60,779 nt of DNA from Girardia tigrina (lineage: Eukaryota), in assembly GCA_001938485.1 (NCBI GenBank), contig MQRK01252387.1, positions 1 to 60,779 on the forward strand. Reading direction: 5' to 3'. A program made the position numbers and the translations under genes. The notes below the pieces were generated by a model that ran no database searches, was not told the DNA's origin, and saw nothing but the letters and a program-made list of their open reading frames with translations. Shown here one piece after another: positions 52,357 through 60,779 of the stretch (its first letter is position 1; every line of letters begins with the position of its first letter).

Positions 52357-52394
<38 letters not shown>

Positions 52395-52793
52395 ATTTTA
52401 TTAGATAATAATATGTTTGAATTTTATAATTTTTTTCATTGTACTTTTACCTTGAAACACTAATGATGGATTGGAAATCAATTGTAACATAAGATAGTCT
52501 AATTTTCCATTATATGAATACAAAGATATGAGTTATAAAATGGAACTAATTTAATTACATATAACGACAAAGATCAAAAATAGCGGTTCGGGACTCAAAT
52601 TGATTTATTATCTTTATTATTATTTGTTTTCGTTATTATATCAACTTCTTTTACCCAATCAGATCAACAATTATTTTCATGAGAATTCACATCGAGAACA
52701 TTGGCGTTGGGTTTTGAATGACAATCTATGATAACTTATTTATCTTTTATTTGCTTTGCTTACAGTATAGTATATATGTAATATATGTATAAA

Positions 52794-53433
52794 CTAGAAA
52801 AAGATATTTCATATTTGACGGGTGATCTGAATTTTCGTCTTATTTTTAAAGCGTAATTATTAAATTTATTATTTCGAATTCTGTGTTGATATAGCAGTCG
52901 ATCAATTAAATCGGCTCTCTGTAGCTTTCGGAGAAGAAGCTGCACAGACAAAACCGTCTGGTTGCGGGCTATGTAGATTGACCATGCCCTTACATGGATT
53001 TGCTCGGGTTCCTCCACCATTTGCATTTTATCAGCATATATATTTTCATAGTCAAATTTGAGCGAGCCCAACAAACCGTAGTTCAGATGATAACGAAGTT
53101 TTGCATATTTATGCAAAATAGATTTTCAGATAGATAATTAGTAAATCAGAGATATAAATCGTTGTTTATCAATTAAATTAATATGTTATTAGTATTTTAA
53201 AATAAATACTCACAAAATTCCTTGTATGAATCATCAAAATCGTCATTATTCGAAATCAGTGTTGCATTAACCATTTAATGACTTTCGACGAAGGCATTAT
53301 ACTGACAGAATTGTATTGATGCCGGTTATCCAGATTGAACACGTTATTAAATGGATTCGTCCGCAATTTCACATTTAAAAGCTTGACCGACAAACAAACA
53401 CACTTTTTAGACAAATATTATATAATAATAAGA
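52794..53433 (-). mobile_element. Non-autonomous Helitron, family B
   Basis: TCTTATTAT...TTTGTCTAAAAAG 5' end, degenerate hairpin and TTTTTCTAG|T 3' end. Confidence 0.7.
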
Positions 53434-53578
53434 AAAAAGATTTAAATTAAATAATTAAAAGAAAAGAATTAAATTAAATTAAAATAAAAACTTAAAAAAT
53501 AAATAATTTAAATTAAATAAAATAAAGATTTAAATAATCATTTGTGATTATTGTTCAAAGTAAAATAATTTTTTTTAA

Positions 53579-54678
53579 CCCATGAGTCATTTTGACATTA
53601 ACATTTTGAGAACATATGTATGCGTGTTGGTGTGCTTGAAGAGGGAGTGGATTGGGACAATGTGTGTTAAAAGAAAATTTGAAAAACTCGCTCTGATTGG
53701 CTCGATTAATTTTCACAATTATTATAAAGATTTATATTTGGAGAAGCACAAACTTCACAAACATGCTTTGAGGTTCGATATATTTGTGGTGGACAAATGT
53801 GACATCTTCATTTTTTTATTTGAGTTTCCGATTTCTCGCTCATCGTAGGGCTATTGTTGTTTTCATCGCGAAGTAGCTCTTTGAAGATTATCTGTGAATT
53901 GTCACTTATTCCTTTGGGGCTTCAGTTTATAATATGTGTTTTAACCATTTCTTGAGCAATGGGTCTTGGAACCTGCTTCCTGGAGAGTTTACATGCAGTT
54001 TCTAAATTTTTCGAAATCACGTATGCAGCGATTCCTGAAAAATCGGTTAAGTTATGGCAAAATGCTATGGGCCATCTATTTGTCTTTTGTCGGGCTGTAT
54101 TCTCATGGCCAATTTGGTCCAGCGTATCCACTCCACCTTTAATTTTATTATAGAACAAATTAATTTCAAACTTATTTTCGTTAATTTCATGTACCATATT
54201 TGTATGATGTTTTGTTTATAATAAAATAACAGTGAGATTCTTTTTTTGGAACATATAATACCATTGTAATATGTTTCCAAAAACCAAAATAGTTGCTTTG
54301 TGGCAAGCGGTTATTTTTAGGCAAGAAATGTTTATTTTTTCGCAATGTACCAACGGTAGTCAACACATATGACAGTAGAGATTCTGCTAGATTTCATATC
54401 TTTAAATAAATTGTCCAATGTTATGTTTCGCCTTGTTCCAAAATAAGGTTCACATTGCTTTTCGACAATATTTAAAGCCACGTTTTCGGATCTAAGTAAA
54501 ATAAATCTTTACCTAAATAAGGTTTTCCATGAAGAAGATAGCCGGTGTTATTATGGCAGATCCATCACATGTTCAAGCCGTATTTATATGGTGTGCTCGG
54601 AATGTGTTGTTTGAATGATAATCGACCTCGGACCAACTGTTCATCGATTGTTAGATCTAAATTTGGCATTATGAGGGG
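53579..54678 (-). mobile_element. piggyBac remnant
   Basis: TTAA-CCC...GGG-TTAA ends; motifs LTIDEQL, KYGL, RNITLDN, VGTLRKNK, YNKIKGGVDTLDQ, KTNRWP. Confidence 0.85.
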
Positions 54679-54734
54679 TTAATTTAAATTTGTATCTCGC
54701 CAGAATAATTTATTATTTTTTTAATTTAAAAGGT

Positions 54735-55260
54735 AAAATATTTTAATGTTAATATGCTTATTCAATATTTTAAAATTAAAAATGATATAATAAAACAACT
54801 ATTAAAAAATCAAATACGTATTTAAAAATAAAATGTTTTTAATGTGTTTTTAAATATTTTAAAAATTAAAAATGATATAATAAAAGAAAATCATAAAAAA
54901 TTAAATATAAATTTAAAAGTAAAAAATATCTTTTTAATGTATCTATTAAATATCTTAAAATTAATATCTTAAAATTAAATATCTTAAAGATGTGAATTGG
55001 TATATAAATAAATTTTGGTGTTTAAAAAAAATGAATCCCGATATTGAGGTTGCAACCACTTCTCACATGGCGACTAACGCTGCAATGAATATCTTCACGG
55101 GTCAACTGTTACCTGAAAAGTACAGGAAAGGCGATAATGTGGAGACATTTATTGAAGAATGTGAAACATTCTTTAATTTTGCAGGAATAGCGAAGGCCAA
55201 ACAAGAGACCTATTAAATATCTTAAAATTAAAAATGATAAGAAAACCATTAAATATTTGT
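54735..55260. repeat. Degenerate ~90-bp AT-rich tandem repeat
   Basis: TTAAAATTAAAAATGATATAATAAAA recurs at about 54770, 54860 and 55220. Confidence 0.55.
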
Positions 55261-55700
55261 GAAAATTATTTAATAAATTTGCAAGATTTTAAAAATTGAA
55301 TCGAAAAGAATTTAATAGATTAATTTGTGGCGAGATAATTAAATTAACAGAAAAAATTGTTTAAATATGTGATTTGTTGATATATTAATAAATTTTGGTG
55401 TTAAAAAAATGAATTCTGATATTTATGTTGCAACCACTTCTCACAGGCATGTAATGCTTCTTCAAATTTTTGTTTATATTTTCCTATACATTCCGAATTT
55501 GTGCTAGTTTATCTCTGGCTGTACTTTCGTATCTGGTTTCCCTGTCGTAAAATCTTAAAAAACGAAGAATTTAAAAAACGAAGTATATCTGCTTCCACAT
55601 CTATTTCAGGCAGAATATTTGAAATTTCATCATCACATTCTGTACTAGCTTGTAAAGCTCGTCGAATTTTATCATCTGTAAGTCTTCACATGGTGTAGCT
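55031..55700. mobile_element. Rearranged Gypsy-type gag remnants
   Basis: LLPEKYRKGDNVETFIEECETFF (gag N-terminus-like); its start is duplicated at about 55409 and followed by a coding-like segment on the opposite strand. Confidence 0.55.
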
Positions 55701-56119
55701 ATTACAAACCGATATAAATATCTTTATAGAAATCATCATAAAAAGATAATATTTTACTTATCGATTTTATTTAGAATTCATCATTGAAATATATATAAAC
55801 GTTTATTCTTTATAGTAATAATTACATATAGAAGAATACACTTTATCTAACAGGTGGATTTCAACACAAAGATATCAATTTTCCAAAATATCCAAATTAT
55901 GAACAGTAATTTCATTTTTGTATTGGTGTCTAATGGACATATACTGGACCATAATGGTATGATAAAAATATATTTAAAAAACTACATGACAACCAAAAAC
56001 AAATTATTTTTTTAATATTTTTAGCACCTAAGTATTCAGTAAACATTTTTCTGCCACTGTAAACTTTAATTTGTATCTGTTGGACATTACTGGACACTAC
56101 TTTTAAGGGCTATTCATTA

Positions 56120-57198
56120 TCTTCCTTCCTTCGCCGAAAGACTCCAGGAAACCGATGAAATCAACTGAAAACCGTGCTGGTCGAACGATTGTTAACTCAA
56201 CACCGAATTCGAATAATGCCTATTCGGATGATTCCTACAAGGAATTTTAGGAGAATATTTTTAAAAATACTAATAACATTAATTCCATTGACAAATGACG
56301 ATTTCTATCACTTATTTACTAATCATATTTCTAAAAATCAATTTAGGTTAAATTTGCAAAATTTCGTTGTCATCTGAATCTCGGTTTGTCGGTCAAGCTC
56401 AAATTTTACTTTGATCATAAATATGCTGATAAAATGCGAAATAGTGGAAGAACAGGGAGTCAATCAGCATAAAATTGAGGTCAAAATTTTAAATTTGGTA
56501 TGTTGAATTTTGTATGTTGAGTTTAGTATTTGGAAATGTCTTTCTCCCACCAGATGGAAAATTGATATTTTGGATGTTCACGATAAATAATTATTCGAGT
56601 ATAATTTGCATTTTAAAGTACAGCATTATTTAAAAAACTTTAAAAATATCAAATCGTTTCAAATTTTAATATTAAAATTTGAAATAAGTTAAATAATTTT
56701 TAACTAAGTTTTAATTTAAATAAATGTTCTTTCTTTAAATAAAATGATTTTTTAAATAAAATTAATATGTAGATAAGATTATTACTAAAATTACAAAATT
56801 TGAACTTTAAAAATAAAATCTGAAAATAATGAAAAATTTGTTCGAATAATTGTTTATTAAAAAACATTAACTAAAATTTATCAATTTAGAACGATGTCGA
56901 ATTACGAATTTGCTGAGAGTTTTCCAAAAGACAATTCTAATTGTATTGAAAATAAAAGGTCAAAAATCCGTGTTGGTTTTCTTAATAACTCTGCATAGTC
57001 CGCATCGAGACGGTTCTGTCTGTAAAGCGCCTTCGCCAAAAGGCGCCGGGAGTCGACTTAATTGACTGACTGTTAAATAAACACCGAATTCGAAAAAATA
57101 AATAATAAATTATAATAATTACGATTTAAAAATTAAAGTAGAAACTTTCAAAGATGAAAATTCAGCTCACCCGTCATATATGACGGGTCTTTTTCTAG
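56120..57198 (+). mobile_element. Helitron family B copy, 5'-truncated, interrupted by another repeat at about 56483-56990
   Basis: CCCGTCATATATGACGGG hairpin plus CTAG; blocks shared with 21100-21732. Confidence 0.7.
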
Positions 57199-58462
57199 AT
57201 ATGTATATAATAATATATTTTGATGTGTAATATTGGCGTGAAAAAACATTGTTTTGAAAACTTACATATAAAAATTGAAAACATAATAAATTATTTTAAA
57301 TGTGTAAAACCTATGGCATTCATTAAACTGTTTTATTTCATTATTACGATTTTTTGTTAAATTGATCCAATATTTAGACTTCTTGAAAGGACTTCGTTGT
57401 CAAACTAAAATATTCCTTTTTCCTGTTATTTTTTATTAGGAAATATTAACTATTTAAAAATAATTTAATTTAAATTCTGAAGAATATTTTTTTCTTTTTC
57501 TTGTTTATGTTATTGATAAAATCAATGAACTATAAAGTTTTAAAAATATGTAAATTAAGTATACTCAAATTAGACATTTTGCAAATAACAAATATATAAT
57601 GACTGAGCATTCTGTGGGCGTTATAATTATTTTAGTTTTGTTTCTTTTCCAAAACTATGGATCGGTATTATTATTCATTTATTAAAAATTTTAAAATTTA
57701 AATAATAAATATAATATTTTGAAAACCCAATCTTGGCCTCCTTGTTATGAATTTAAAGTTGTTAATCAACACTTCTAGTGTAGTTTCCTTGGTGTTTTGG
57801 AATGATCTCTTTTAATTTTTGTTGAACATTCAGACGTTCTAACTTTAAAGACTCAATATGTTGATTGGATTCGCTTTCAGACACTTTGACTTCACCTAGC
57901 TCTTCTTTAAGAAACTCAACAGTTAGACCATCTCTATTCCCTTGATCGTTTAGAATTTCAATTAAAAAATTTTTAAAAAGTTCTTGGAGGACAAAGTTGT
58001 ACTTTTTACAACTTAAGACAAGTGGCCACCATCATCACCAGATGTGAATTCCTTGAATTACTCCGTATAAGCGCGTGCAGAGAGTGAAGCCTATGGCGCT
58101 CGTCACACAAGAAATTCCGTTGCGAAGGTCTGGAAGAATCTTCCAGTGGCGTTTATTGTGAAAGCCTGTGTTACATTCCGGAAACGGCTGGAAGCCACCT
58201 TGTATGCGAAAGGAGATAATTTTGAATAAATTGTTTAAAATACTTCTATTCAACTTGAATTTAAAGTTTCGTTGCGTTATCTTGTATTATCTTGTTGCGT
58301 AACCTTGTAGTTCCTGAAATATACATGTTTATATGTTTGCAGTGCTTTTTTGACAAGACTTTCACAACACTCTGAATATGTTTTCTATATGTTTTGTTAA
58401 TTAAATAACAATTTTCATTATTTACTTTTTATTATACACAAATAGCTGAATATATTTTCTAG

Positions 58463-59049
58463 AATAACAATTGTTACATCAACGTATAATCAGTTTTATC
58501 CCACATTCGCTGTCGATATCAGATTCCTTAAACTGACGGAGTGTTCCCCTTCATTGTGTTCTATGGTTATCAGTATTCCTAATTTAAGTGAGTTATATAA
58601 TATTAATAATAATAATAAATCCTTATCACTTTATATGATCTATTTGAATAAACAATGTCCGCAACTTTCTTTTAAAAAAGTATTCTCTTTTACAGAAAAT
58701 ATCGACTTGAAATTTACAAATGACGTATTTTTATACGCGGAAATCGGGTTGATTAAGCGATGCAAACTGACAAATATCGGTGAAGCAGTTTTAAATTCCA
58801 CGACCACTACCGCATCTTATGAAGCGACAACAAATGTTCAAAAAACCGAGTCTCACTTAGTTCCAATAACGACTATGGGATCGACTATCTCAAGCTCAAT
58901 AACAATTCTTCAGAATATTAATATTTCCAAAGAAGTCACCTTGCCTTATGAGAACAATCAAAGCGTAACAACGGAATATCAAATACCAAAGTTTTCGGAA
59001 GAATTATTGAGAATCCTTGCTTGTCTTCAAAATCAATCAAAGGATAAAT
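58463..59049 (+). CDS. Two exons (58463-58587, 58696-59049) of an unidentified Ser/Thr-rich, probably secreted or membrane protein
   Basis: Splice sites ttttctag|...A|gtgagt and tttacag|AA...T|gtaaat join in frame: ITIVTSTYNQFYPTFAVDIRFLKLTECSPSLCSMVISIPNLKNIDLKFTNDVFLYAEIGLIKRCKLTNIGEAVLNSTTTTASYEATT...; N-glycosylation sequons (NST, NIS, NQS) and a mucin-like stretch. Confidence 0.6.
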
Positions 59050-59561
59050 GTAAATTTTTATTTATGATTATTTATGTATGTTTTATTTACGGTTTTATTT
59101 TTATTTTATGGGGCATTTAAACATTTTTATAATATAAAATAACAAAGACTTACGATTAAAATTATTTTAATCTATAAATAATATTATTTTTCGCAATTGC
59201 AATTTGCATCACCAACTTCCGTCGTAGGAACGGGAAGAAAAAAGAAACTGATCGAACATAAAATATATTGACAAATAACATGTAAACACGATCCGAATCG
59301 GCAGAATAGAGATGTCTATCGGCATAATCATTGAGATGGATACTCGCGTATTGTCTGGGCATATTTGAGTTGATGATTGAGAGTTTTTTGATGTTGCTGA
59401 CTGTAATTCTGATTTGTGTCATGGTTAATTCCGTTTTTTATTCTGTTCGCCAATTTGCTTTAGTTAAACAAAAACATTAATTCTGTTCATTCATTTAATT
59501 TCATGAATTTTTATTTAAATTGATTTTTGTAATTTGGTTTCGTGTTCTTTTAAACACCACA

Positions 59562-60779
59562 TCAGCCCCCCCCAAAGGAAGTGTGGAGCACGGACTTGGA
59601 AGCTACAGAGTATTGAGAGTGAGCATTGAGGGTTGTCGCTGGGTTTAACTGCCGATCGGATGAGAGAGGGGAAGACCACAAAAAAGAATGTTGGTATGGA
59701 TTGATTCAGTTGGCCTGGTGTAACGTTTGTGGATGTTGTGGGGGGTGTATATGTGTGATCACCGGTATCTGACAGACTGTTGTTGTTCGGTATTGTATCG
59801 TTGTTACCGGGTGTGTGATCCTCCAAGTGTATGCAGGGTTTAAGTTTACATACGTTAACGGTGCGTTCTGCACCGAGGAAGGTGATTCTTGCTGTGTTGT
59901 TTCTTGAGTCGATGGAGATGAGTCTGTGTGGCCCAGTGTAACGGCATTCTAAAGATGTGGAGGTTTCTTTCTGCAGCCAGACGAATTTTGCAGTTGCCAG
60001 GTCTTTGGAAACGAAAATCTTTTGTGTGTCGTGATGTTGTGGCATTCTGTCGGTTTCCATGAAGAGCGTCCGAGCTGCCGCCAGTTGGCTGTTGTTTCGG
60101 AGTGCTTTGTTGAAAAACAGTTCGTTAACGAAGGAAGTATTTGACCCGAAAAGCAGTTGTGCTGGCAAAGTCCCGGGTTTGCCGTCGGGGATGTTACGCC
60201 AAGCAAGAAGGACGAAAGGTAATTGGTCTGCCCAGGCTGGGGTTTGTCCCAGCGCTCTGAACGGGTTTTTTAGTGTCCTGTGGAAGCGTTCCACGAGACC
60301 GTTGGTTTGGTGGTGGTAAGCAGTTGTCCTCACCTTTTGGATATCCAGTCTTTTGGTTAAATCCGTGAAAAGTGCGGATTCGAATAGCCGACCCTGGTCG
60401 GTAATGATCCGCTTGGGAATACCAAATCTGGATATCCAGTGGTTCATCAGTATGTCTGCTGTGGTCTCCGTGGTGGTTATTCTGAGAGGGAACGCTTCAT
60501 GCCAGCTCGTGTTTCTGTCAATTATTGTGAACAAGTAAGAAAATCCTTTTTACGGAGGAAGCGGGCCGACCAGATCCATATGAATTGTGTCGAACCTGCT
60601 GCCAGTAGGGAAGGCTGTGGTCGGTGGTTTCGTGTGCCAGGTGACCTTGCCCCGTTAACAGTCGAAGCAAGCCCGACACCATAGTAAAACGTATTTTCCC
60701 ATCTGTGGCCAAATGACTTTAGTTCGTAACAACTCGTAAGTTGCTTTCCTGTCGGGGTGAGCGACGTTGTTAACGGCTT
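59562..60779 (-). mobile_element. Ty3/Gypsy LTR retrotransposon pol (integrase) with polypurine tract, continuing off the window
   Basis: Zn-binding AHP...CRACFDC, IHMDLVGPLP, ITDQG, AYHHQTNGLVERFHRTLK, YTGP; G-rich PPT at 59562-59573 followed by TGTGG (putative LTR start). Confidence 0.92.

Noticed and set aside
52760-53116. 118-aa minus ORF ending LLLRKLQRADLIDRL, superficially like a death domain
   Set aside because: It lies wholly within a Helitron family B copy. Homologous copies at about 21.5 kb and 56.4 kb do not keep the frame, and there is no ATG start or splice acceptor.

Overview
AT-rich animal (invertebrate) genomic DNA with assembly gaps; it is not prokaryotic. Most of the window lies inside one plus-strand gene that the ORF track misses. 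Seven small GT-AG exons spread over about 41 kb (6527-47661) splice in frame into the end-of-VWA/Cache region of a voltage-gated calcium channel alpha-2/delta subunit (CACNA2D-like). An additional 129-nt candidate cassette exon has no counterpart in the canonical protein. The introns are filled with transposable elements: at least 9 mariner/Tc1 copies, a pogo/Tigger element, a THAP9/P-superfamily element nested in a mariner (7-bp TSD, 36-bp TIRs, asymmetric internal repeats), piggyBac, MULE, hAT and Harbinger remnants, two related non-autonomous Helitron families, an RLE-type non-LTR 3' end, CR1/L2 and RTE remnants, Gypsy gag/integrase pieces, and a Penelope-like fold-back insertion carrying a minimal hammerhead ribozyme. 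A second spliced Ser/Thr-rich gene fragment lies at about 58.5-59.1 kb. All calls come from reading motifs by eye; no database searches were run.
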